From Eledone cirrhosa (lineage: Eukaryota): 64,000 bases of DNA. Position 1 is the first letter of the stretch. Every line of letters begins with the position of its first letter. This document shows, piece by piece, positions 1 through 12,671 of the stretch. Below the pieces are notes generated by a model, which made no database searches, was not told the origin of the DNA, and saw only the letters and a list, made by a program, of their open reading frames with translations. The stretch is taken from assembly GCA_964016885.1 (NCBI GenBank), contig OZ024740.1:174158001-174222000 (forward strand), read 5' to 3'. The translations under genes were made by a program, and so were the position numbers.

Positions 1-108
1 AAAATGGAAGTAAATAAGAACATATCAAAGAAATCAAAATACAGAAGAAATAAAATACAGATCAAGGTGTAGCAAATATACAATAGATAACACGGTTGGA
101 GAATATAT

Positions 109-187
109 GGTTATAAATATAGATATAGAGGATAGGGTTATAAATATAGATATAGAGGATAGGGTTATAAATATAGATATAGAGGAT
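109..187. repeat. 27-bp tandem repeat x3
   Basis: ggttataaatatagatatagaggatag at 109, 136 and 163 (last copy partial). Confidence 0.9.
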
Positions 188-679
188 GGAAGAGTAGGAG
201 TGGTATCAGGTGATACGTAGTGTAGGCTCGAGTCTTAATTTTCAATGGGAATCCCCAAACCTTGAAATATAGGATAGAAAATTCAGTCAATACAAGACAG
301 GAATATGTTGATTGTTCGAAGAATCTATGAGGTCTGGCGGAGTTTAAGTGTTCCTGACAGGGAAGCAGCAATGCACGGTCCGGGTAGTGTGGTAGACATA
401 GCTTAATGCAGCTAAAATCCGAATGGGGTGCAGTAATTCCCATGTTGGCGATAGCTGTATACTGGTGCCAGGGCCCCTGTTTCTTACTACATCTGGAAGC
501 GCTCGACATTTCCTGGAGCTTTATTCATTTAGGTTTGTTGGTTCACCACTGGATAGAATTTGAAGGCGGCCACCCGGACTGGCAACTGCTAATTTTTTGG
601 CCGCCCTCTCGTCTAGGGCATCTCTCTGCTTTTCAGCCCCTTGGATTGTGTCTATTATATTCCTTTGTTAAATTTCGGA

Positions 680-737
680 ATACCTGATGATGTCACCGAA
701 TTCATACTGAACCCGGTCATTGAAATGTTCATAGTAT
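680..737 (+). ncRNA. Minimal type-I hammerhead ribozyme motif
   Basis: atac-CTGATGA-[tgtcaccg...cggtcatt stem II]-GAAA-tgttca-TA-gtat; stem I atac/gtat; (TA)n follows about 50 bp downstream. Confidence 0.65.
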
Positions 738-1188
738 AATAAACCTTTAAGAAATTACACCAGTCCAGCCTCCTGTTATATTATAATATATATATATATA
801 TACATAGATATCCACGGTAAGTTGTGGGGTCCAGTCTGCATGAAGAACTCAATGTAATCCATATGTTGAAAATGTTGTAGGTTAAAATAAATCCCGGAAA
901 ACAATAAAACATTAAAAGGAAAACAGAGTCATGATATAAGTTAAAACAATGAAATAAAAATTCAAGTCATTAGAAATATACTTTTGAAATATGCTTTTGA
1001 CAACAACTGGTGATATACATGTAAGTAAATATTTTCCTGATCTGATATTTTGTAACTAACCTTACATAGATCGATAACGAAGTATGGTTACGATGTATTA
1101 TCATCACCTAGAAACGATCGTAAAGCAGTGAAGTATATTTCTAATGACTTGAATTTTTATTTCATTGTTTTAACTTATATATATATAA

Positions 1189-1312
1189 GTCGAAACGGCT
1201 TGAGCTCAGCCGTCGGGGTCTTACTTGTTCCTATTACCCACTCTACTACCCTAAGTATTGAGTACTTTGGTGCGTTATGGTCCACCTGGTTCCTTACCAC
1301 ATTTCCTTCGTT
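1189..1312 (+). mobile_element. Fragment of a dispersed pLTR-like repeat with the 3' half of a hammerhead
   Basis: GAAAcggct-tgagctc-agccGTC-ggggtc; the ccactctactaccctaagt segment recurs at ~30778 (+) and 28866-28885 (-); flanked by (TA)n. Confidence 0.55.
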
Positions 1313-1372
1313 ATATATATATATATATATATATATGAGAAATGTCTTCTTCTTCTTCTTCTTCTTCTTCTT

Positions 1373-1490
1373 TTGTATTTTTCTCCCGCGTTATTTTTAA
1401 TTTTTGACCTTTCTCGTAAGACGAGAAAGAAAGAAGAAAGATAAAATGAGAAAGGTCAAAAATTAAAAATATCACGGTAGAAAAATACAA
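1373..1490. repeat. Imperfect inverted repeat (~43-bp arms)
   Basis: ttgtatttttctcccgcgttatttttaatttttgacctttctc pairs with gagaaaggtcaaaaattaaaaatatcacggtagaaaaatacaa. Confidence 0.8.
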
Positions 1491-1759
1491 TACAACGAGG
1501 ATATATATTAATTTAGCACTTGATGTAGTAGGAAAACAGTTAGTTGGAACATATTACTCCTTCATAGAAGAGAGAGAAGAAGAAATAGAAAGATTGACTA
1601 TAGGCAAACTTTTAACAGTTTAACGTAAATAGCAACTTCCAAGAGAGAATAGCGCTTTTGACACGCTCAGAATAACATGGTTAAGAACAGAAACACAGAT
1701 TCTATTGTAACGGGCTCGAAGTAAAACCATTTAATAATGATTGAACAGGCATTAAATTA

Positions 1760-1915
1760 TGGAATGAGAGTCATCCCTTTTACATCTGTTATTCCATGTT
1801 GACATATGTAGATGCCCTATGGACAGACACAGATCTCTTGGAGACGCAGGACACGGCGGCGATGATGAAGGACAGAGACTGCTGGAGAGAACTCGTCCAT
1901 GGATCTCGGGAATTT
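1760..1915 (+). mobile_element. Possible degenerate 3' end of an RTE-type LINE
   Basis: Translates ...LLETQDTAAMMKDRDCWRELVHGSR, resembling the RTE C-terminal M.DR..WR..V motif. Confidence 0.35.
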
Positions 1916-2049
1916 TACCCGTCCTAGATACACAGATTCCATGTCTGTACAGGTTGGAAGAATAGCAAAGCTTATTCCGTTTTCATAGGGCATTTAGCGA
2001 CTGCAAGTATATATAATACTCCAGTCTGTCACAGGAATAATCATCAGCT

Positions 2050-2186
2050 ACTGGTGGTATTCATCTTCAACTAAGTGAACTAGAGCAACGTGAAATGAAA
2101 TGCTTGGTTAAAAAACACAACGCGCCATTCCGTCTGTGAATCGACTTTATGATAATGTACCAACGCTCTAACTCCAAGGTCACGCA
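2050..2186 (-). mobile_element. Degenerate tRNA-derived SINE
   Basis: gagcaacgtgaaatgaaatgcttg is the reverse complement of the ttatttcacgttgctc core of the SINEs at 16439 and 45497. Confidence 0.55.
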
Positions 2187-2772
2187 ACTTCATGGTTATT
2201 AAGTATGATAGAATAATTGGCAATTCAGACGAACCCATTTTTATATGATTTAGACGGAGATGAAAGTTACGTACGTTGTTTGCAGAGAATTATCGGGAAA
2301 TAATCTTATAGCATTATCTCGAAAAGCTTCAGACCAAAGATAATTTTCTCAATGTATTTGTTATGTATATATCCTTATGTAGTACATTAGTAGATATCCT
2401 GCAATATTGTTCGGCAGTCGTTGAAATAATAAATTTCCTCTTTATCCTCATGAATTCAACATAATTGTATGAAAGGCAAATGATTGAACAGCTGTTAAAC
2501 GACGACTATTTCATAGCAGGGAACGTAGTTGCTTGACCTTCTAGATATAGCAGCTAAATTTCCGACAAATCTTAATCTGCCATTCTCAAAGGCTGAATGC
2601 TGATTGATCATTATGACTAAAAAGTCTCAGTGCTCACACAGAGAGCTAAACAACAACAACAACTGAATTATATTTTCCTCGAAAAAGCTGTTCTGAAGTT
2701 GTTTCCGTCCCTAGAAGTATTATATTTTACCTGAATTTTTACAGTTATTTTCTGCGTTTGGTATTCCAGCAT

Positions 2773-2818
<46 letters not shown>

Positions 2819-2888
2819 AAAGAGAGAGAGAGAGATAGACAGTCAAGTCACATAGATAGTTAGATAGATAGTATATGCATATGCATGC

Positions 2889-2922
<34 letters not shown>

Positions 2923-3070
2923 ATGTGTGTGTGTGTGTGTGTGTGTTTATACATATATATATATATATATATATATATGAATACACACATATTCTATTCT
3001 TGATGTTTCCACTAGATTTAATACCATTCAACTGTGTAAAATAAATAGCTACGAGAAAACATTACTGATA

Positions 3071-3108
<38 letters not shown>

Positions 3109-3337
3109 GAGAATGAGAGATGGTCTACTTGGACAAAGGTAAATGTATATCATTTATATTTACACCAGATAAATATTGCTGTTGTTCGTTATAGCTGAAA
3201 CATTTCATATATACATCATGTACATACAATAACATCACTAGTTTCCCTCGTATCCTCTTATCTACTCCATACACATGAAAAGCGATATTAAATCGAATGA
3301 AAACTTCACAAAGCACAATATATATGTATGTATATAT

Positions 3338-3891
3338 GTTGGTGCAACTGGTAACATGTATCCCAGTACAACCTGTCGTTGGCGACTAAACTGGCAACCC
3401 TACCAAGATTTCTTGGTGAAGAGGGTGACTTTGGACATCCTGCAGGACTAAAAACAAAACCTGTCAAAGGGCAAGGGAGCTCTTAAGAGTCAATGGCCAT
3501 CCAAAATCATCGGCAGAATTCTAGAAGAAGGAAAACTCTGATATAACACCTGCAACTCTGATGGTATCCAATGATGTTGACTTGTTCTTCTTTTTGGTAA
3601 ATATCATCTTGGTTAAGAGAGTGCGACTGGCTTTGTGCAGTGCCTTTGCTCACTATAAAAGCTTCACGGCACAGGCATCTCTTTGTATCTGGAGATCTCT
3701 CTGCACTTGTCGTCACATGGTATCATGGGCCCAGCACTATGTGTCAATAATTGTCACAAGTGTAGTGTTTGTACCAGAGTTTTCAAGTCGCTGGCTGGAC
3801 TAAAAAGTCACACTCGTTCAGCGCATCGGTAGGAGTTCTCCTACATGGATATAAAGTAGTGGCCGTACTCGAAAACGAGTTGGCAGCCACC
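3338..3891 (+). mobile_element. Internally deleted RTE-type LINE (5' UTR joined to 3' end)
   Basis: 3' part encodes HKCSVCTRVFKSLAGLKSHTRSAHR* (C2H2 finger typical of RTE C-termini), followed by stem-loop ctcgaaaacgag and then (TA)n. Confidence 0.6.
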
Positions 3892-4000
3892 ATATATATA
3901 TATATATATTATAAGTGTATATGTGTGTGTGTATATAATATATATACATACAAACATATATTTATATATACATAAATATATGTGTGTGTGTGTGTGCGTA

Positions 4001-4040
<40 letters not shown>

Positions 4041-4599
4041 TGTGTGTATGTTTGTGTGTGTTTGTATACAGATGAGAATGAGAAAGGGAGCGAAAGCGTG
4101 ATATAGGGGAGGGAGGACGAATGAGAAAGTGAGAGAGATATGGCTTCTTTCATATTTACGAATATAGTAGATGTTGAAATACATTGTTTTTCCCTTTGGC
4201 TAATTTTGGAGGTCATATCTACAGAGAGATGATAATATTCGTGATTTTCATAATTTCTCATAGGTATTACTGATTATGGCGGCGAAAATTGGTTGCAATG
4301 ATAATCGAACCACTGTGGTGGACTCGATTCAGAGAAAAGACATAAAAAGAAAAACAATATCCTATCAACACATCATAGAATGGAGTGGAATCTTGTATCA
4401 CACTCACCATGTTCTCTCTCTCTACGGGAGATTACTATACCATTGGCAACTTTACACTTAATAACCTTTTTGATTTAAGTGTTAAATGAAGAAAAAAGAT
4501 GATACAGACGGATAATGGAACAAGGATAAAATCAATAAGATGTATACACAAAAAGTGTAGAAGCTATAGCTTATTCTTGTCTCTACCAAATGAGTAAAT

Positions 4600-4644
4600 G
4601 TCACTGATGATATATTAAAATATTCTGAAACACTAGCGTTTGGC
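4600..4644 (+). ncRNA. Type-I hammerhead motif (decayed), tandem unit 1
   Basis: gtca-CTGATGA-tatattaaaatattct-GAAA-cactagcg-TT-tggc; stem I gtca/tggc. Confidence 0.55.
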
Positions 4645-4905
4645 TTTCCTTCTCAGTTGGTGAGTTAGCGGTGACTTGTACACAGCTTAAAAGATTAATA
4701 GGGAGACTTATATATATTTATTATACATAAACATATCTTATATGTCACCATCAACCCCTTTACTATGAATCATGCAATGTTAGTGCTACTGGTAATTAAT
4801 CCTAGTGAGTCAAGCTCGCACTATATACCATTGAATATCTCTAGCATATGTTTCATATGAAAAAAGTATATAGAGTATAGTTTATTCTTGTTTCAGTGAG
4901 TTAAC

Positions 4906-4951
4906 GTCACTGATGACGGATTTGAAAAATCTTGAAACAGTAATGTCTCAC
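4906..4951 (+). ncRNA. Type-I hammerhead motif, tandem unit 2
   Basis: gtca-CTGATGA-c-ggattt-gaa-aaatct-t-GAAA-ca-gtaa-tg-TC-tcac; GUC cleavage triplet, one mismatch in stem I. Confidence 0.6.
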
Positions 4952-6392
4952 ACGGATGTAAGGATAGATGTAACGTGATCACAGTTTAAAACATTCATTG
5001 CGGTATTTTATGTATGACTGTTATACATAAACATATCGTATATGACTTCATAGCTGTTATGCTAAAGATATAGTGGAAGGGGAAGAAGTTGAATCTGAAT
5101 ACGAGGTAGGAAAAAGTCAATGTCGAATGTATTTCTTCCGAAAGATAGGTGTCACAGACTCTTCACTCTTGCTTCACACCAATGAGCTCGTGTTGTAATT
5201 GGCCAAAAGCCATACCTAGCAGTAAATGTTCGTCTACTTCGTCAGTTATTCTCTTCTCAATAGAACGCTATAATACATTTGTGTCACGTGCCAAAATGAA
5301 AAAAAGAAGCGGATTCTTTCAATTTTTTTTATTCCTCTTCTAATCAATTATTGGCATCGATTATTACCTAATTGAGTCGTTACCAACTCGTTAGGAGTTA
5401 TTTCCTGTATAACCAGTTTATCCTGACGGTAACTTAATTAAGCTAAAAATAAAATAGGAAATTGATAGCAAAAATTATAATTTGAACAATATAAGACAAC
5501 AGATATTAAAAAATGAAAGCTAGCCAACTAAAGTTTAATGTACATGCATGCATATCTTACATTGTGTTACCACCTGGGATGAGCTAATTATCTAATACAT
5601 ATATTAACATTGTAAACTCTTTAAGAAATCTGACAACGACTGGACATATATCTTCGTTGCATATATGTTATTTTTGTTATTGTTATTTAGCTCTGGGTCA
5701 GTGCTGATCACGAGGACATATTATCAAAGCAGCCAGTGGGGTCATTTCCTCTTTCCTCTAGTGCATCAGGGATCCATTCATTCAATCTGTGTTTCCTTTT
5801 TAAAGGCACTTCGGAGTAATTTGGAAAAGATTAGCTCGCTATATTTTGTAGATGAAATGATTTACAAGAAAAAGCAGATTGCTCCTTCAGCAAACATCTA
5901 TATACTGCTGTAAATATTCAGCGATGATTGACGAGACGAGAATTCCCACAAGCCATCAATTGCATCGGGGAAACATTACAGAAAACCTCGTTCTCATGTA
6001 GTAAATCTAGTTGAAATAAGGTTGACATATCGTATTACTCACCAAATAGCAAAACGGTTGTTAAATCACAGTATTTTAAATTAATACAAACCTTCAATGA
6101 TTAATGTTGCTACTGCTTACAATGATTATCTGTTTTCCATAAATAGTTAAATGGACTTGGCTTTTGAGAATGAAATGATGTAGTAATGGCTATGTCGTTA
6201 AATAAGTATAAACCTCTGTTTTTACTTAATTTTTATTATGCAAAATAAAAAGGCCATTTTAGCTCTACATGAGATTGAATACATTATATCGAACTATAAT
6301 TAACTCTATAGCCAGACAAATGAGTTAGCGATCTACAATTAAACGGTAAGAGTAGCTGAGACTTATCAAACCTATATGAAACAACAGAGAGA

Positions 6393-6480
6393 ACAATATG
6401 TACATATTGTACATATACAATATGTACATATTGTACATATACAATATGTACATATTGTACATATACAATATGTACATATT
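6393..6480. repeat. 24-bp palindromic minisatellite x3.7
   Basis: Unit acaatatgtacatattgtacatat contains the perfect palindrome acaatatgtacatattgt. Confidence 0.9.
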
Positions 6481-6947
6481 TCTGTACCTTCTAAATGTGC
6501 CTAATGGGGGGGGGTGTAATGGAATGAAATGGTGTTGAATATGCAATACCTTCTTTTTACCTTGTCTTTATATACATACACACAAATACATAGGTATATG
6601 TATCTGTATGTGTGTGTATCTCATTACTATTTTGTCCTAAACTTCCTTATGGTAGAGTTAAAAGGGCAGGTGCTAACTGTTTTTTCTAGCAAATATGGTA
6701 CTTGCTAAATGTCCTGCCTTCACCTCCCTTCTGTGACCACTGTATCACGTAATAATTCCTCCCTCCCAAGAACTCTTCACTTGTAACGGTCAGGTCAAGA
6801 AACAGTCCACTAAATTGAGGAGTCTCTCGATAAGCCTTATAACGACACAGCGATGGTGCACTTTTCTAGTGCTGCAAGACAATAGGCGAAACTGTTTGAA
6901 GAAAAAATAGGTACATTTTTGGTTATTATTTCTTCGCATTTATAATT

Positions 6948-7009
<62 letters not shown>

Positions 7010-7814
7010 ATACTCAGCTAATTATGGGTAAGCCGCCACTCGGAGTTTCTCATTTCCAATCTCCAATATATATACCTGAAATATGCATATGTGTGTGCCC
7101 CAAGGCTGTTTAGGTAAGGATTTCGATCCCAACTTCGCGCATGTTACGTAAGTTTATTCCACTATAAACTCGATTTGACCATTACTTTACATACACGCGC
7201 GCGCGCACACATACACACACATACACACACACATATATATACATATGTGTGTGTCCGTCTGTGTATGTATATATGTGTGTGCCTATGTCTGAGTTTGTGT
7301 TTATCTGAAGATTGATCTATGTTATACGCCCGTGCCCTCGTAACATACCAATTCTACTAATAGATAAGCGAAACTGAAATATGTACTGTAAATTCTTGAA
7401 ACTGGTGCTCCAATATGGCCGCTGTGCAACGATTGAAAACCCTTAAAAGAGTAAAAGTGTCTGGGTGTGTGTATTCACGCGCATGTGTATGTGAGAAATA
7501 GAGAGAGAGAGAAATATATAGATATTCAGACAAATCACTAGAAAGAGTTAGACGCATAAGGCGACAAAGATATTTATTTATAAAGGTAAATCATATAAAA
7601 ATAGATAAATGGAAACAGAATTATAAATATCTAGCTAGCTAGCTAGATAGAGAGAAAGAAAAGGTAGAAATAAATAAATACAGATAGATAGAATGATACA
7701 TAGATAGGTAGATAAGTAGATTGATGAATGGACGTTTGCAAATAAGTTGAGGTGGGTGGATATTAATACACTAAACGCATTAATACTAATAATAGACGAA
7801 AGGAAAATCATACG

Positions 7815-7856
<42 letters not shown>

Positions 7857-7974
7857 ATTATATATATATATATAGATACATATATATAGAGAGAGATATA
7901 TAGATATAGATATATAGATATATGCATATATATATATTGGCAACATGACCCTCCCAAACAACATATATATATAC

Positions 7975-8049
<75 letters not shown>

Positions 8050-8579
8050 TAATTCATGTCGTATCGACCTGGCTACTTACTGCACTGTATCGGTCAGACA
8101 GTTTAGATTGCAGCACGTTTCTAATCTAGTGATATAGATGTTACATAACAGTAGACAGTCGTTTAGACAAATATTGGCATCACATCACAAAAAATCAGCA
8201 ACGAATGTATTTCATTATTTGATGGTGAAGTAAAATCTTTCCGATGATGTGGTCTGTAATAAGAGATTTATTTATATATGCATCTATTTTTTCATTCATT
8301 CATTTATTTATTGCATTACCAGTTACACCTATCGACACGGAATCTTTAGATGGTCGCTCAATTTGTTAAAAATAACAGTCAAATTCCATTCTTTCAAATA
8401 ACAGAGGCAACAAATATAAACGAACTCCAACTAAAATTAAACAGAAAACATTAGTGGACTAGCAACATCACAACAATTAAGGACAAAATGAAGACATACA
8501 GACACACAAAAACCGAACTAACAAAACAAATCAGACACACACAGATAGAACAAGTAAATTAACATATAAATAAATAAAT

Positions 8580-8885
8580 AAACACACACACACGGATGTA
8601 ACGCATGCGCAAACTAAACACACAACACACAACACACAAAAACAAGATGGTGTAGGACAGAACAAAGGTGAGACATACAAAATGAAAACCCAGTCACTGA
8701 GAAGGTCACATGTGAGAAATGTGTGAGCAATGTGTGAGGAATGTGTGAGCAAAGAGCTTTGACAATATATAAACAACCTCCCTGTTCTCGAACCAACCAA
8801 CCGGAAACTTATAATAAATTGAAGTGAAAACCAACAGGTGCGTGTGTTTTTATTGGAAACATGACCCTCCCAAAGTATAACAATA
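8580..8885 (+). mobile_element. Dispersed pLTR-like repeat with a decayed hammerhead (8693-8763)
   Basis: Homologous to 29040-29245 (atggtgtaggacagaacaaa...gtgaaaacc...catgaccctcccaaagtataacaat); gtca-ctgagaa-ggtcaca...aaagagc-TT-tgac. Confidence 0.65.
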
Positions 8886-9510
8886 TCTGTTCCAACACAC
8901 GTTTTCAGAAGAAATCTCGCAAAACAAATTAAAAAATGAACATTCCTATTATTATAGAAAAATAAAAAATATTAGATAATGTAGTTTTATGGGATAGCCA
9001 AAACTGCAACACCCTTGATCGTTGGTATGTCCTCACGGGGCTAAACTGGGGATTTAAAGGGCGAAAAAAACCCAAAAAAACAGCCTGTATATGGTCGCAT
9101 TCTATGTTAGAAATAGCAACCAGGTTTCTTTATTGTCTTTTAAATGGATAAAGAACATATAGTTCTAGATTCGCTATGGATTAAAAATGACATCATAATC
9201 ACGACTATTACGTCATTGGTGTGTGTTGACCGGGGCCCTAAAACGGAAGAAGAACAACAAACATGATGACGACAGCGAAAGACTCAGGAACCGGAGAATT
9301 GCGACTGCTCCCGATTCACAAACACTCCATCTTGTCTTGAAAGACTATATGGAATAAACAACATAGGAGCAGGAAGAAGAGGAGACATGGAGGAAAACAA
9401 ATAGTCATTGATGAGGTTACAATGTATGAAGAAAGAACTTTGATAAAATAACTAATTGCCAATTCTTCGTAATATTTTCTTTCATTTTTGCGGGTGTATA
9501 GTGTCTAGTT

Positions 9511-9818
9511 CAGGGGTGTGCAACATATTCCATTGGCGGGCCACTTTTGAACATTCGAACAACTATTAGGGCCATTAATATTTAAGCACTAATCCAAAGA
9601 TTCCCCACAACTTCTTTCCATAACATGGAACTGGGAAATTATAACACACATAACCCTATCAGTGTTAGTATAGGTCAACTAACAGAAAATTGTATTACGG
9701 TTACGAAAACAATTCTAAATGAGCCTACAAGGTAAAGATTAAAAACGGTCATCGCGGGCCACTCTGACTGGTTTGGCTGACCGGATGTGGCCCGCGGACC
9801 ACCTGTTGCACACCCTTG
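9511..9818. mobile_element. hAT (Charlie-like) MITE
   Basis: TIRs caggggtgtgcaac / gttgcacacccttg; 8-bp TSD gtctagtt (9503-9510) / gtctagtc (9819-9826), close to the NTCTAGAN preference; subterminal gcgggcca motifs. Confidence 0.9.
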
Positions 9819-10289
9819 GTCTAGTCCATTGATTTCTAAGCAGTTGTTGGTGTTATATTTCTTTTATAACAGTTTGGTATGATATTAATATTCGTAGTTA
9901 ATTTTGGTAATTTACGATTGCATTGTCGCATATTTCTCATAGGAATCTAAATTCTTCTAGTAAATCCATGTAGTCAGTGTAGCAATGTTTCTATTTGAAA
10001 TAAATTGAGGTCGTTTATATACAAAATGTGGTTGATTGTTCTTCCATAACAATTATATCAGCCAATTCCGGTGTAACATGCTGGTTAAAGGTCTTAGCAA
10101 TAGGCAGAAGCGGATGGTGAGAGGTCACAGAATGTTCCATTCTTAATAGAGATTTTAATTATTGCCTCTTTTATCCACGTCTGCAGACTGACAAATTTGT
10201 ATATGCTATATTATGTTTCAACATATATCGAATTACTTTCAATATATATCAAAATGTGTATGAAGAAATCGGAAATACGTATTTCGGCA

Positions 10290-10900
10290 CAAATCAATAT
10301 TAAGTTCATTAAATTCGAATTAGATACCGCTCGACTAGAACTTTCATTGATTTAAATACATATAGAGTTATCGGATCTCTACCATTACATTTCCACCTGT
10401 ATCGAGATAATTAAAAGCTTATAAGCTTATTGTTGTAAAAAATATTCCAATTAAAGAAAAATGCCTATTAATATTAAAATTGGTAACAATTATGTAATGG
10501 GTTCAAATTTATTCGGAATCAATTGGTTGAAAGCATTTGATATATCACTGATATCTATTTTCAGCAATACTTCTGATATTGTTAATAATGCTGATAATTC
10601 AACTAATTTGAATATGAAAAACAAAATTGATAATTTATGTGCTAAATATCCTGAAATATGAAATATTATCCTGTTTAGGCAGTTGCGCGAAAATATAAGC
10701 CATAATTCAAATACGTACAGAGGTAAAAGAGCAAAACAAAAAATTACCTGAAGGTTAAGCCATGACCATTTTTGATAAACGAATGCAACAATAAGTACTG
10801 ATGACAGGGATTGAGTTGCACCAGTCATTGCTATTTGGAAGCCGAGCGACATATTTCGCATCAATAGTGACCCTAAAGTCAACATGAACAAACAGACTGA
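10290..10900 (+). pseudogene. Degenerate Ty3/Gypsy pol relic (protease to start of RT)
   Basis: KFELDT (aspartyl protease), NLFGINWLKAF, LCAKYPEI, APVIAIWKPSDIFRI.SDPKVNMNK (RT start); many disruptions. Confidence 0.6.
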
Positions 10901-12671
10901 AGTAGTTTGAGACGCAATTGTCAGGTATATAGAACTAGTCTATAAACCATGGTTCATTTTATTCTATTTCGTATATGTTGACTGAGTTCTGTTATTTTAT
11001 AGCAAGGAGGGGTTGTTCTGAATATGTGCTGCTTGTGTGTGTTGTGTATATTGTTATAAACTATTAGGTGACAATTGTGTAGAAAAGGAATTATCATTGT
11101 TGCTGTTGTTGTTGTTATTTTTAGAATAGCATTCCTTCATAAATATTAAAATCAAAATGGCATCACCCATGAAATTGATTTTCCCGTTTTTGTTTATAAA
11201 ACTACGAGATTAAATTGACCCCATTAAAAGATTAAGGTCACTTTCTTTGATTAAATTCGCTTTTGTGCATTTTGCATAGCTAAATTAGGATATTTCCATG
11301 CATCTTTCTCATATTTTTCGGATTAGACGACTATCACATATTTACCCATTTATCCCAAGTTTATTTCTCGTAAAATTAAATTTACTTTAAATTATTGTTT
11401 TAGGGATTTTGTTGCTTCTGAGTAAAAAAAAAACGAAAAGAAAGTACAGAAGAGCGTATAATTATTTATTGGAACTGTGCCTAATTCTGGTTTCGTTTTG
11501 TTAATCGAACAATCGATAAATATTCTGCAAATGACACTGGTATATCAGAGTTAGAAGCAAAGAGAAATTTTACGATGTCGTCTTTGACTATACAGGGGTT
11601 TTATACTACTCTCTGTGTCTACTTAGGTGAACAAGGGTTGTTGAGATATAAGAATCTTGCCTATGGCTTCAATATAGTCCAGATGATAAATTACCTCGCT
11701 CCAATTTTTCTGATACTCTTCTGATCTTGTCATTTGTAAATTTGTAATGTCATTGAATTATAGAAGTAAATAAATTTAGAAATTAAAAATATAAATATTA
11801 ATTTGCTTACTTAATAGCAGAACTTTACTGTATTAAGTTTAATCGATTCAATTTTAATTATTCGTTAAGGTAGATGTATCTTTGTACCTTCTTAAAGTCG
11901 TAGCTAACTGAGTTGATAGCCTACCTGTTGAAGAGTCCTCTCTTTATAAGACATCGGTTTAATTGATCATGGCCAATATACTAAACTCTCTGATTGTTAA
12001 GTCCATTTTCCAATGATTTAATATCATAGAGACCTATTGATTGTCACTGGAGGGTCAACGAAATTGAATATTTTTTTACGTTACTGCTATCAAAGTGTGT
12101 TTCAAATGTAAGAAGCAACCGATGATTTGAATAAATTGAGAATTGTATGGATATTAAGTTTATACCTTTGTTTTTACCGTTATACCAAAAAACTTAGAAT
12201 ACCAGTAGCTTGTCTCTTTGGTGTTTCCATATCTCTACACAGTAAGTTAGAAATAATTTTGGATACCACGCATAACGCCTAAGTGGTGGTTGCTCGCACT
12301 ACTAAAAAATAGTAGTTAAATCTTCCTTAAATGTCACCGGATGATTTTTAAAGGACAGATACATTCAACAATGTGGTTCCTGAATATACAAAAACAACTG
12401 GATGGTCATGGCTGGAAATGGTTTGAACATAGATTTGCTCGAATAAGGCTGGTCGGGCGTTATCAGCAACAGCAACTGCAACAACAACAACGAAGAGAAG
12501 TGTACAGAAATACATTGAACAGTAGAGAAAATACAAAAGTACCAGACAGTTACAGTGTACACAATATAATTCATCATTACATGTCAGTGTGTGTAATATC
12601 ATCTTCAGCTTGGCGAATAACCAGTAGATCTGAAATAACAGATTTGAAAGTATTACCTGGTTATACGTGTG

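Noticed and set aside
165-509. 114-aa minus-strand ORF
   Set aside because: No recognisable motif; it ends in a tandem repeat.
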